52,942 bases of DNA from a virus (IMGVR_UViG_3300033141_002397:1-52942); one strand, 5' to 3'; shown: positions 9,755 to 18,913, numbered from the stretch's first letter. Translations and numbers: made by a program. The notes: generated by a model not told the origin, from the letters alone.

Positions 9755-9989
9755 ATTATTGACATTATTGACATTATTGACATGCACTTCGGTAAAAAAA
9801 GGCAGAAGTATATATGGTATATACCTACCCAACCCGTATACCCCTATACCCCATGTCAAAAATGTCAAAAATGCCGAAATTCAATTATTGACATGAATTT
9901 ATGTCAAAAATTGCTAAAAAATGACCAAAAACACAACTTTTCGACATTTTTTAACACGAACATGTTAAAAAATCACGATGTCAATAATT
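9755..9989. repeat. Iteron array / candidate replication origin
   Basis: (ATTATTGAC)x3 at 9755-9781; inverted (ATGTCAAAA)x2+1 at 9853-9879; further TTGACAT/ATGTCAA copies at ~9888, 9901 and 9978. Confidence 0.7.
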
Positions 9990-10070
9990 CAAATAAATTT
10001 CAGGCTTTTTCTTTACCGATTTGTGTTGTTCCGCGTGGTGTTGAGCACCCAAAACTTAATGGTGATATAC

Positions 10071-10334
10071 ATGACTAAAAAATTTGAATTTGAATTTGAA
10101 GATTTAACTAAATATGATATAAATACCTTAAGAGACCTATATCTTAAGACCAAAAAACAGTTGAAAAATACGATAGTCGTAGGAAACAACTTCAAGGAAC
10201 AGTTTAACAGCATACCTCATACTATTGAACAAGAGATAGTATATACATCTATACTGTTAAACAAACTCAAAAATTTAATTAAAGAAAAACTACCTGATGA
10301 AACATTCACAATACAAAACTATTTAAAGATATAA
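10071..10334 (+). CDS. Hypothetical helical protein
   Basis: GGTGA SD before ATG 10071 (MTKKFEF...). Confidence 0.7.
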   Translation: MTKKFEFEFEDLTKYDINTLRDLYLKTKKQLKNTIVVGNNFKEQFNSIPHTIEQEIVYTSILLNKLKNLIKEKLPDETFTIQNYLKI

Positions 10335-10357
10335 TTAAAAAAAATAAGGTGATTAAA

Positions 10358-10894
10358 ATGGAAGAAAGACTCAAAAACTTAACCAAAGAAGAATTAATTG
10401 AAAAAATTAAGTCAGAAACTAATCTAAGTGATGCTGATTTGCGTGGTGTAGATTTGAGCCATGCTAATTTAAATGGTGTTGATTTGAACCGTGCTAATTT
10501 GAGCAGTGCTGATTTGCGTAATGCTAATTTTTCGGATTCTAAAAATGTTTTTAATCCAACAAAATTTATTGAAAATAATTTCAAATTCTGTAAAAAAGGA
10601 TTAATTGTATATAAAGCGTTTGGAAATACTCCAAACAATTCTATGAAGTGGGGGACTCCAAAACCGAATAAAATTATCAAAGAAGTTGTTAACCCGTGTG
10701 TAACGACTGAATGTGGTTCTGGAATCAATGTAGCTACTTTAGGATGGATTAAGCATAACTTATATGGTAATTTTGAAATTTGGGAATGTGTAATTCCTTA
10801 CAAACACTTATTAGGTGTTGTAGTGCCCTATAACTCTGACGGAAAAATTAGATGTAATTATCTTAAATTAATAAAAAAAATAGAGGTGAACTAA
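10358..10894 (+). CDS. Pentapeptide-repeat protein
   Basis: ADLRG/VDLSH/ANLNG/ANLSS repeats, then ECGSGI and DGKIRC C-terminal motifs. Confidence 0.85.
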   Translation: MEERLKNLTKEELIEKIKSETNLSDADLRGVDLSHANLNGVDLNRANLSSADLRNANFSDSKNVFNPTKFIENNFKFCKKGLIVYKAFGNTPNNSMKWGTPKPNKIIKEVVNPCVTTECGSGINVATLGWIKHNLYGNFEIWECVIPYKHLLGVVVPYNSDGKIRCNYLKLIKKIEVN

Positions 10895-10895
10895 C

Positions 10896-11759
10896 ATGCA
10901 AGAAGAAAAAATAAAATGTCCAAAACAAAGTAAACTCAATCCGTGGGTTTCTATTTCTAAATGCAAAACATGTTTAGAATGCATTTCATTAGAGGAATAT
11001 AATAAACTAACACAAGACGAATCGAAACGTGACGAAAACCAAAAATATGGTAAACATAACGCATTTGGCACATCTGCATTAACAAAATGTTTACGACAAC
11101 AATATTTTAGACGAAAATTAGGTAGCCGATTAGACTGGGAAACAAAAAAGAAATTCTTTATTGGAACTGAAGCCCATAACTTTTTACAAGATTTGATAGG
11201 CTCGCAAGTCAATATTGAAGACCGATTTTGTAACAAATTAGAAGACAATCGTGATTGGGCCAGCACGGGTTTTATTGATATTAATAATAAAGGTAACGAA
11301 ATCATAGAATTAAAATGTTTAGCTACTACACGTTTCGTTCCGCAAACGCCTTATGATTCACATATCGAGCAAGTCAAAGTATACTGTATTAACGAAGGCG
11401 TAACTAAAGCAAAGATTATCTATTTTAAAGTCTTTGATTTAGAGTTTGATCAAAAAGAATTGGCTGAATTTAAAGCAGATATGATTAAACAAGGCGATAT
11501 ATTATATTCTTCATTGAAAAATAATGAAATCCCGCTTGCAACTGCATGCAAGGTTTGGGAATGTAATTATTGCCAATATCGGCAAGAATGTGAGAACATT
11601 GATTCTTATAGTGCAGATTTAGAACATAAAGAAAACGAAGCAAAACTAACACTCAAAGCCAAAAAAAACAAAAAGAAAAAACAAGCAATCGCCAACACTG
11701 AAAAAATGAAAGCTAAAAGTGAAGAAATAAAAAATAAAATAAAAACTGGAGGTAATTAA
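10896..11759 (+). CDS. cas4: Cas4-like PD-(D/E)xK exonuclease with Fe-S cysteines
   Basis: KCLRQQYF, GTEAH, GFID, IIELK, QVKVY and C-terminal ECNYC..REC. Confidence 0.8.
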   Translation: MQEEKIKCPKQSKLNPWVSISKCKTCLECISLEEYNKLTQDESKRDENQKYGKHNAFGTSALTKCLRQQYFRRKLGSRLDWETKKKFFIGTEAHNFLQDLIGSQVNIEDRFCNKLEDNRDWASTGFIDINNKGNEIIELKCLATTRFVPQTPYDSHIEQVKVYCINEGVTKAKIIYFKVFDLEFDQKELAEFKADMIKQGDILYSSLKNNEIPLATACKVWECNYCQYRQECENIDSYSADLEHKENEAKLTLKAKKNKKKKQAIANTEKMKAKSEEIKNKIKTGGN

Positions 11760-11761
11760 AA

Positions 11762-11866
11762 ATGGAAACTTGTGAAAACTGTGAAAATTATAATAAATCG
11801 TTTATCTGGGACGTAAAAGATAATTCCTCACTTGAGGAAAAATTTAGGATTGGAGGTATTTTATAA
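11762..11866 (+). CDS. 34-aa microprotein (METCENCEN...)
   Basis: GGAGGT SD; stop overlaps next ATG; not in ORF track. Confidence 0.5.
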   Translation: METCENCENYNKSFIWDVKDNSSLEEKFRIGGIL

Positions 11867-12363
11867 TGTTAACCGAAAACCAGGAAAAAATAGAAAAACT
11901 AATTGAACAAATGAAATCGCATGGCGATTTAGTCGAAATCGAATATAAAATTAGTTTAGACCCTAAATCACTTAAGTTGATCAATTCCATGCCTGAACAA
12001 GAGCAGTTTATTGCTCAAACTATAGGCATCGGCATCCATGAGATCTTTAATATAAACTCAACTGCAACCATTACGCTTGAAGAAATATTTTATTTATGGT
12101 GTTCTGAACAACCTAAACACTCAATTCAATCTGGTAAAGGTTATATTCCTGCCACTACTTGGGAAATTTATAACCAAATTATAGCTCTAATTAAAACTAA
12201 ATCTGATCGTAATTTAACTAAAATTACAATAGATACGCTTTTATTTCAGTTAGGTTTGACTAAATTTTATCAAGATATGAAATCTGGACGATTACAAACC
12301 AATGCTAAGAAAATTACAAATAATGTAGATCAGTTCTTAAACTATTATCATCAAACCGATTAA
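11866..12363 (+). CDS. Hypothetical protein
   Basis: GGAGGT SD, 165-aa ORF. Confidence 0.7.
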   Translation: MLTENQEKIEKLIEQMKSHGDLVEIEYKISLDPKSLKLINSMPEQEQFIAQTIGIGIHEIFNINSTATITLEEIFYLWCSEQPKHSIQSGKGYIPATTWEIYNQIIALIKTKSDRNLTKITIDTLLFQLGLTKFYQDMKSGRLQTNAKKITNNVDQFLNYYHQTD

Positions 12364-12388
12364 TTCTAACCTATTTTTTTATTATTTT

Positions 12389-12408
12389 TATATAGCAACA
12401 TTTATATA
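12389..12408 (+). promoter_or_regulatory. Promoter TATATAGCAACATTTATA
   Basis: 18-bp exact copy on the minus strand at 33253-33270; variants near 27195 and 31555 (minus). Confidence 0.65.
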
Positions 12409-12574
12409 TCTCCATGTTATACTATTCTTAAGTCAATTTATTTCAACCCTCTCGACCTTCCCTCCCCCCACTTTTTTTTAACTTCAATTAAACTTAATAA
12501 ATTTAATTTTAACTACAAAAAACATAAAACTTAAATAGTTCTATACCATTTATTTTATACCTTTTAATTATATA

Positions 12575-12625
12575 GCCAGGTGAGGTTTTTTCTATTTTTC
12601 CTCATCTGGCATCTCCCCTTTTTTT
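12575..12625 (+). ncRNA. Candidate small hairpin RNA with own TATA and oligo-T end
   Basis: GCCAGGTGAGG pairs with CCTCATCTGGC (one G-U), 14-nt loop; TTAAATA at 12531; T7 at 12619. Confidence 0.35.
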
Positions 12626-12668
12626 ACAAAACCAAAACGTTTAAATAGTTAGACTACATTCGATAACC

Positions 12669-13349
12669 ATGACCAAGACGAAATCAAAAAAAATAAAAGA
12701 AAAAATAAAACAAATAAGAATTAAGCATTTAGAATATTTGCTTAAAAAAGAGATATATCTAACTTCATATCATCTCGCAAAAGGATATTTTAATAAGAAA
12801 CATATTATGATTTTAAGCACAAACCAGCTTAGATCTATCTTAAATAAAATAACCGACATTAATTTAGATAGCGCAACTTATTCAATTATCCAAAAAGAAT
12901 TAGGGATCAATATACGTGCAATGACACAAACATTACTTAACAACATGCAAACTTATGACAAAGACTATATCAATTTCGTTTTAGAATACGTTAAGAACCT
13001 TTTAAGCCAGAATCCTCAGATCTCATTGACGGAATTACAACAACAAACATTTAAAAACATAGCAATGTTTCTTAAGAAATATTGTAACACAACTTACAGC
13101 CAGCTAAAAAAAGAATTATATCCTGACATTTATTTAGGTAACGGAAACACTAATTGGGACTATCGGAAACTCGCTAATTTCATAATTGAAACAATAAACA
13201 CTGATAATAACATCAGCTTAAAAGAAATATCAACCTTAACGGGCATCAATTATCATCAATTTTGTCGTATTACGCAGCTTATCTTTAGAGGCATGCCTTT
13301 TAAAACTATTAAACAAAAGGTATTGAATAACGAACTTGTTAAGATTTAA
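12669..13349 (+). CDS. Multi-HTH DNA-binding protein (AraC-like helices)
   Basis: ISLTELQ.. and ISLKEISTLTGINYHQFCRI segments; leaderless after the promoter at 12631. Confidence 0.55.
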   Translation: MTKTKSKKIKEKIKQIRIKHLEYLLKKEIYLTSYHLAKGYFNKKHIMILSTNQLRSILNKITDINLDSATYSIIQKELGINIRAMTQTLLNNMQTYDKDYINFVLEYVKNLLSQNPQISLTELQQQTFKNIAMFLKKYCNTTYSQLKKELYPDIYLGNGNTNWDYRKLANFIIETINTDNNISLKEISTLTGINYHQFCRITQLIFRGMPFKTIKQKVLNNELVKI

Positions 13350-13409
13350 CCAAAACATTTATTAATATGTATAACATACAACTAACAATAAAAAAAAAGG
13401 TAATGAAAA

Positions 13410-13700
13410 ATGAAAATAAAAGAAAAAATAGAAATAAAAATAGACAAAAAAAGAATAATAAATACATTACGTGAAGAAACACAAACTGATTCAGATTTTA
13501 AAATTACTGATAAACTAATAAATGATATTTATAAAACTATAATACATATGTGTCAAGTTGAATGGAAAGAAGAATTAAATGATTTAATAGATGAAATAAT
13601 ATTTAGTGCGGTATGGGAAAATTTAGATAAAATAGAAAAAAAAAAAGAAGAAATAAAAACTTATCTAAGATTAAAAAAAAAATTCGAAAAAGGTGAATAA
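13410..13700 (+). CDS. Hypothetical protein
   Basis: AGGT SD, ORF track. Confidence 0.7.
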   Translation: MKIKEKIEIKIDKKRIINTLREETQTDSDFKITDKLINDIYKTIIHMCQVEWKEELNDLIDEIIFSAVWENLDKIEKKKEEIKTYLRLKKKFEKGE

Positions 13701-13702
13701 AA

Positions 13703-13918
13703 ATGAAAACAAAAAACATTATAATTGATGCAGGTGAATATACCATAACAGATTTCAAAGATGAGAGTTTGAAATTCGTATGTAAAAAAACAATAAACGC
13801 AGATTGGTTTATCTTTTCAATTTATAAGATAATTGACAAAAAGAAAATAGATATTGCTTATAAATTTATATATATGTCTAATTTTAAATATCTTTTTAAT
13901 TCGCTTGAGGTGAACTAA
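13703..13918 (+). CDS. Hypothetical protein
   Basis: AGGTGA SD. Confidence 0.65.
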   Translation: MKTKNIIIDAGEYTITDFKDESLKFVCKKTINADWFIFSIYKIIDKKKIDIAYKFIYMSNFKYLFNSLEVN

Positions 13919-14335
13919 ATGGGTTTAGATATTTGGGCAGTTAGCACGCAACAGCGAATATACAATGAAAGTTACTCTCAACTTCATAGTATTAGATATT
14001 TAGCAATGAAACTAAGTGGGTTTCGTGGAGACTGGCAAGCTGCAATACGTTTTGAAAAAGAAGGCAAACCCTGGAAAGAATTCCCTGAATTTTATCAATT
14101 ATTACATTTTAGTGATTGCGAAGGCATATTACTTAAAGAAACGTTTTTAACTGATATTGATATTTCAAATTCATTTGAAGTGGGTAATTTAAATAAATTT
14201 TACAATGAATTAAAAACATTAAATAAAGCACTAAAAAATTCTCAATATGAATATGAAGCAAAACTTGTTAAAAACCTTGTTGAAGGTATATATGATGAAT
14301 TAACATATGGAGAAGGGATTATATTATTTCAATAA
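13919..14335 (+). CDS. Hypothetical phage protein (MGLDI... HFSDCEG)
   Basis: GAGGTGA SD; motif seen in phage hypotheticals. Confidence 0.7.
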   Translation: MGLDIWAVSTQQRIYNESYSQLHSIRYLAMKLSGFRGDWQAAIRFEKEGKPWKEFPEFYQLLHFSDCEGILLKETFLTDIDISNSFEVGNLNKFYNELKTLNKALKNSQYEYEAKLVKNLVEGIYDELTYGEGIILFQ

Positions 14336-14349
14336 ACGGATGTATAAAC

Positions 14350-14877
14350 ATGAAACCTAAAGTATTTGTTACATCTGATACGCACTTTAATCATAAAGAA
14401 ATAATTAACTTAGCTAATAGACCTTTTACTGACGTAGATGACATGAACGATACATTAATATACAAATGGAACAAAACAGTATCAACTAACGATATTGTAT
14501 TCCATTTAGGTGATATTGCATTCAATAAAAAGCGAATCAAAGCAGATTATTGGCTCAATCAACTAAACGGCAACATTATCAGTATTAAAGGTAACCACGA
14601 AAAACATAATAAATGCTCAAGTATTCAATACTTACAAAGCTGTATAATTAAATTTAGAAGTATAGATTTCTTTTTAGTGCATAATCCTTTGAACGTGCCT
14701 AAATATTGGGCAAATAAATGGGTTTTACACGGTCACAGTCATAATAACACACCATTTTTAGATGTTGAATCTAAACGAATAAACGTATCAGTAGAGAATA
14801 CAAACTATAAACCGATCATGCTAAAAACGATTGTAAAATACATACACAAAAAAGAGAATATTAAAAAGGTGAATTAA
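14350..14877 (+). CDS. Calcineurin-like metallophosphoesterase
   Basis: SDTHFNH, LGD, GNHE, HGHSH motifs. Confidence 0.9.
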   Translation: MKPKVFVTSDTHFNHKEIINLANRPFTDVDDMNDTLIYKWNKTVSTNDIVFHLGDIAFNKKRIKADYWLNQLNGNIISIKGNHEKHNKCSSIQYLQSCIIKFRSIDFFLVHNPLNVPKYWANKWVLHGHSHNNTPFLDVESKRINVSVENTNYKPIMLKTIVKYIHKKENIKKVN

Positions 14878-14878
14878 A

Positions 14879-15013
14879 TTGGGAATTTGTTTATACTGTA
14901 ACTGGTTTGTTAAATGTGCTGGAAATAGCTTGTGTAGACTACACAAAACAACAATAGACTACTATACGCATAGTTGTAATGACTATAAACATAAAGGTGA
15001 TTCAGATGGTTAA
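14879..15013 (+). CDS. 44-aa Cys/His microprotein
   Basis: AGGTGA SD, TTG start, CLYC...CRLH...C; not in ORF track. Confidence 0.55.
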   Translation: MGICLYCNWFVKCAGNSLCRLHKTTIDYYTHSCNDYKHKGDSDG

Positions 15014-15971
15014 AAACAGCAACCAACCTGACTTATTTCATAAATACGGGCACACTGATAGTTTAAACAAAATGTCATCTATTTTAGATTGCAAATATGT
15101 AATCTGCACTGAAAAACTACACGGGACAAACATGCGATTCGGAATAATTAACGGCAAGTTCAGAATCGGCAGCCGAAACCAAGAATGGGACGCTAACACC
15201 ACAAACGACGGCTTTGGGTTCCTGAAATGGTCAGAGTCAAATATAGACAAAACCAAACTGCGTTATCTTTATAATTTATATGGCAATATTATCTTTTATG
15301 GCGAATTTATCGGTAAGGGCATTGGCAAAGGCATTACTTATTTTGCTGACGATACTAAAGATTATCGAGTCTTCGCAGTCCGAATAAACGGCAAATTCCA
15401 AGACTTTTATACTGTGATGCAATTAGCATCAATATTAGGATTGCGAACAGTCCCGTTACTGTTTGTTGGTCATCCTGAAATCGACAAATTCAAAGCTATT
15501 TACGACAGAATCTCAACAGAAGCAACCCAAAACGGCATCGAATTAACAAACAATATCTGCGAAGGAATCGTAATCTATTCTTACCCGCTTATCGAAAACA
15601 AACGCGGTGATCTCGTTATCGCTAAATTCAAAAACGACAAATTCTCCGAAAAGGCACACCAACCAAAACACCCGCGCAACTCTAATAAAAACACTACTTT
15701 GCCCGCTAAATGTAAAGAATTTATCGATTCTTTTATTACCGAGACCCGTTTAGAGCACGTAGTGTTGCCGATCCAGGCTGACCATTCCGAGCCGCTGTCC
15801 ATGTCTGAAATGGGCGAAATACTTAAAAATATGATGGCAGATATTGAACGTGAATGTGCAGATGAGCTTAACAGTTTGCAATTAAATAACCAGGACTACA
15901 AACAATTAAAACGGCATATAATAGCCAAAACTAAAACATTATATAAAGCATATCTCAATGCTAAACTATAA
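15006..15971 (+). CDS. rnl2: RNA ligase, Rnl2 family
   Basis: Motif I EKLHGTN, III YGEF, IIIa VFAV, IV EGIVI, V KFKNDKFSE; helical C-domain with ITETRL; AGGTGA SD. Confidence 0.85.
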   Translation: MVKNSNQPDLFHKYGHTDSLNKMSSILDCKYVICTEKLHGTNMRFGIINGKFRIGSRNQEWDANTTNDGFGFLKWSESNIDKTKLRYLYNLYGNIIFYGEFIGKGIGKGITYFADDTKDYRVFAVRINGKFQDFYTVMQLASILGLRTVPLLFVGHPEIDKFKAIYDRISTEATQNGIELTNNICEGIVIYSYPLIENKRGDLVIAKFKNDKFSEKAHQPKHPRNSNKNTTLPAKCKEFIDSFITETRLEHVVLPIQADHSEPLSMSEMGEILKNMMADIERECADELNSLQLNNQDYKQLKRHIIAKTKTLYKAYLNAKL

Positions 15972-16027
15972 CACACCGAAATGTATATAAATATCGATAA
16001 CATGAAAATTGCAAGGAGTTGATATAA

Positions 16028-16315
16028 ATGAGATTATATGACAAATATATAATAGAATTTAAAGACGAATATTGCCGAAAAGAATTTGATATGCTCAATT
16101 TAGGCAAACGCACGTTCTTTGATTATGAATATAGATCTGATTTCGAAAAGCGGATAGCTAACCTTAACGGTAAGGTATCGTTTTACGCACATAGCTTACC
16201 ACTCAGCATAATCGATTTACCTAAAGACTGTGCTAAAGAGCTATATAAGATAGACTATATTTATCATGTTGATTTTGATACGGGCGTTAATTTACCAATG
16301 CCGTTAAAGAAGTGA
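16028..16315 (+). CDS. Hypothetical protein
   Basis: AGGAG SD; upstream TATA at ~15983. Confidence 0.65.
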   Translation: MRLYDKYIIEFKDEYCRKEFDMLNLGKRTFFDYEYRSDFEKRIANLNGKVSFYAHSLPLSIIDLPKDCAKELYKIDYIYHVDFDTGVNLPMPLKK

Positions 16316-16319
16316 TAAA

Positions 16320-16505
16320 ATGAAAGTGATAATGTTGGCAACTATAATTCTTGAAACAGAATTTTCAGATGACACCTCACGAGAAGAAATAGAGAAAGAA
16401 TTATACGAACAACTCAAAAACGAAATCTGCAAAGACAAAGAAATTGACTATATCGAATATGTAGTCAGACTTGAAGGAGACAAAGACTGGGATGATCAAT
16501 TATGA
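16320..16505 (+). CDS. Hypothetical acidic protein
   Basis: ORF track, operon packing. Confidence 0.6.
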   Translation: MKVIMLATIILETEFSDDTSREEIEKELYEQLKNEICKDKEIDYIEYVVRLEGDKDWDDQL

Positions 16506-16612
16506 GCACAAAAGAAAAACTTGAATGGGAATATCGAAACATGACTGACGAAGAAAGAGACGAAGTCAGAATTATGAACTGGGGAACTTATGAATATTTC
16601 TGTGGTGAGTAG
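16502..16612 (+). CDS. 36-aa microprotein (MSTKEKLEW...)
   Basis: ATGA overlap, fills the gap exactly; not in ORF track. Confidence 0.5.
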   Translation: MSTKEKLEWEYRNMTDEERDEVRIMNWGTYEYFCGE

Positions 16613-16816
16613 ATGAACAGTGCAGGTAGAAAAAAACGGACACGACGATTCGTATGTAGTTGTTGCGGAAAATGTTTCCAAGATACAGAACCATATCCTG
16701 ACAATGAAGGATGTGCTTGCCCTGACTGTATGCAGAAATTTTATGATTTAGTCTGTCAAAACTGCGGGAAATTAAGAATAGATTGCGAATGCGATTTAGA
16801 CTCAGAAGGAGATTAA
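16613..16816 (+). CDS. Cys-rich zinc-finger protein
   Basis: CSCC, CACPDC, CQNC, CEC; GGTGA SD. Confidence 0.7.
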   Translation: MNSAGRKKRTRRFVCSCCGKCFQDTEPYPDNEGCACPDCMQKFYDLVCQNCGKLRIDCECDLDSEGD

Positions 16817-16817
16817 A

Positions 16818-17186
16818 ATGGACACTTGGGAAAAAATAGAGTTAAAAAAAATAAAAAATAAATTAGAAATAACAGATAATGGCTTAACAACCCAATTTTG
16901 TGAAAATTGTAATACTTGCAATGATAAATGTGCAGTGCATAGTCTTACTGGCATCATACACACCATGCGCGATTTACTCGCCGAAACAGAAAACAATTTC
17001 GAGATTCATTCAGTTAGCTTTGATGATATAGACTATATTATGTATTTAGAATGTATAGATAGCGAGTTAACTAACAACCAAAAAAAAGCAATAATTAACA
17101 TCTATACCTGCAATTTTTTACATAACTTGAATGTCTTAAAGGACTTAAAACATGCAATTTTAGAATATCTGGAGCGTGAATACTAA
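16818..17186 (+). CDS. Hypothetical protein with CxxCxxC motif
   Basis: AGGAG SD. Confidence 0.65.
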   Translation: MDTWEKIELKKIKNKLEITDNGLTTQFCENCNTCNDKCAVHSLTGIIHTMRDLLAETENNFEIHSVSFDDIDYIMYLECIDSELTNNQKKAIINIYTCNFLHNLNVLKDLKHAILEYLEREY

Positions 17187-17312
17187 ATGGCACATTGTTA
17201 TCGCTGCGATGCAAAACTAACCGACGAGGAAATAATAGACCAAAACCGTACATACGAAAACGAGCTATTGTGTTATTCGTGCTGGGAATTACATCTAATT
17301 GAAGATGAATAA
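17187..17312 (+). CDS. 41-aa zinc-finger microprotein
   Basis: CYRC...CYSC; abuts the previous stop; not in ORF track. Confidence 0.6.
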   Translation: MAHCYRCDAKLTDEEIIDQNRTYENELLCYSCWELHLIEDE

Positions 17313-17341
17313 CAATAAATTATTATTAAATAGTGATTAAA

Positions 17342-17647
17342 ATGAAAAAAATAGAAAATAAATGTATAAGAAATAATAAAACTTATAAAGCTGAAGATTG
17401 TAAAATAATTGTAATTTGGGATGTAATAAAAATGATGGATTTAAATATACATAACGTGAAGAATATAAAAATAAGACACAAAAAAGTTAATAAAAAAAGT
17501 AAAAACTGGTTTTATATAACTGATATTATTGTTAACTATTTAGACAATAATGGCGAAAAACAAAAGTTTAATATATCTTTATTCAACAATAAAGATAAAG
17601 AAAAAATTAAAATAACTATTGAAGAAGAAAAACGAGGTGAACAATAA
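17342..17647 (+). CDS. Hypothetical protein
   Basis: GTGATTAAAATG start cassette. Confidence 0.6.
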   Translation: MKKIENKCIRNNKTYKAEDCKIIVIWDVIKMMDLNIHNVKNIKIRHKKVNKKSKNWFYITDIIVNYLDNNGEKQKFNISLFNNKDKEKIKITIEEEKRGEQ

Positions 17648-17886
17648 TGTTTAATATAGATGAATTATTATTTTTATTATTATTTTGCGTGTTGATGATA
17701 GTTACTCTATTAGCAATTTTATCGTTTATATTGCCAAATTTTTATATTACTCCGCGCGAACGTATGGAATTTCAATTAAGACAAAACATGATCGAAGCAT
17801 GGAAATATCGCAGTTGTAACTCTACGCAAGATAACCAAATATTTAATCAATTAATTGGCTATAATTACGCTAAAAAGAATATATAA
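17647..17886 (+). CDS. Single-TM membrane protein
   Basis: Hydrophobic N-terminal stretch; GAGGTGA SD. Confidence 0.65.
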   Translation: MFNIDELLFLLLFCVLMIVTLLAILSFILPNFYITPRERMEFQLRQNMIEAWKYRSCNSTQDNQIFNQLIGYNYAKKNI

Positions 17887-17901
17887 AAACTGAAAAGTAA
17901 A

Positions 17902-18699
17902 ATGGATGAAAATATATTAAATAAACTGTATTGCGAAGAATGTATTTCATTTATGTCTAAACTTGATTCTGAAAGCATAGACATAATAATTACATCTCCG
18001 CCTTATAATCTTAATATAAACTATAATACTTATAAAGACAATAAACCCTTCGAAAACTATCTGTGTTGGTTAGATGATGTAGCCCAATCATGTAAAAGAA
18101 TACTAAAACCGAAGGGGTCTTTCTTCTTAAACTTAGGTAACCGCGTTTCTGATAGCAGTAAACCATTCCAGATAATCTTAAAACTACTCAACCATTTCGA
18201 GTTACAGAACACAATACACTGGATTAAATCAATTGCCGTGCCCGAACATGATATTAATTTAGGGCATTTTAAACCCGTGAATAGTTATAGGTATATGAAC
18301 AATTGCCATGAATATATTTTTCACTTAACTAAACATAATAATATAAGAATAGATAAACTCGCTATCGGAGTGCCATTCAAAGACAAATCAAACATAACTC
18401 GCTGGACTTCAAATAAACGCGATTGTAGAGACCGAGGTAACGTTTGGTATATACCTTACAAAACCGTTAACAATTCAAAACAACACCCTGCATCATTTCC
18501 AGTTAACTTGCCTGAGATGTGTATAAAACTACACGGCTATCAAAAGGACTTAATAGTATTCGATCCGTTTATTGGAATAGGCACAACCGCGTTAGCATGT
18601 CAAAATCTGGGTTGTAATTATCTCGGCTGCGATATAGATGCAAAATATATTGCAATTGCCAACAAAAACTTAGCCCCCGAAAAACGCAATTCACTTTGA
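17902..18699 (+). CDS. DNA amino-methyltransferase, beta class (m4C/m6A), orphan
   Basis: TSPPYN (motif IV) before HPASFP and DPFIGIGTT (motif I). Confidence 0.9.
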   Translation: MDENILNKLYCEECISFMSKLDSESIDIIITSPPYNLNINYNTYKDNKPFENYLCWLDDVAQSCKRILKPKGSFFLNLGNRVSDSSKPFQIILKLLNHFELQNTIHWIKSIAVPEHDINLGHFKPVNSYRYMNNCHEYIFHLTKHNNIRIDKLAIGVPFKDKSNITRWTSNKRDCRDRGNVWYIPYKTVNNSKQHPASFPVNLPEMCIKLHGYQKDLIVFDPFIGIGTTALACQNLGCNYLGCDIDAKYIAIANKNLAPEKRNSL

Positions 18700-18883
18700 G
18701 ATTTTCGAAGGCCCTTTTTTTAAAAAAACGTTTTCCCGTTACAAAAAATATGTTACTAACCAGTAACGTTATTTCAATATTTTACGCATAGTGATTTAAT
18801 AAAAAACACTGCAACGCATAAGAATTTAATCGCCGCTAATAGTTGATAATAGTTGCCGGTTGTTTCTTTGTTTATTACTGACC

Positions 18884-18913
18884 CGTGGTGTGAAACGCCG
18901 CGACCTTTTTTTT
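18884..18913 (+). terminator. GC-rich hairpin followed by a T-run
   Basis: CGTGGTGT-GAA-ACGCCGCG (G-U pairs), then ACC and T8. Confidence 0.4.

Noticed and set aside
9719-10078. ORFs 9719..10078 (+) and 9638..9868 (-)
   Set aside because: Their repetitive translations derive from the iteron array; no SD; better explained as origin DNA
18877-18905. Hammerhead ribozyme (CTGA...GAAA)
   Set aside because: Core needs CUGANGA; the sequence is CTGACCC and the stems do not fit
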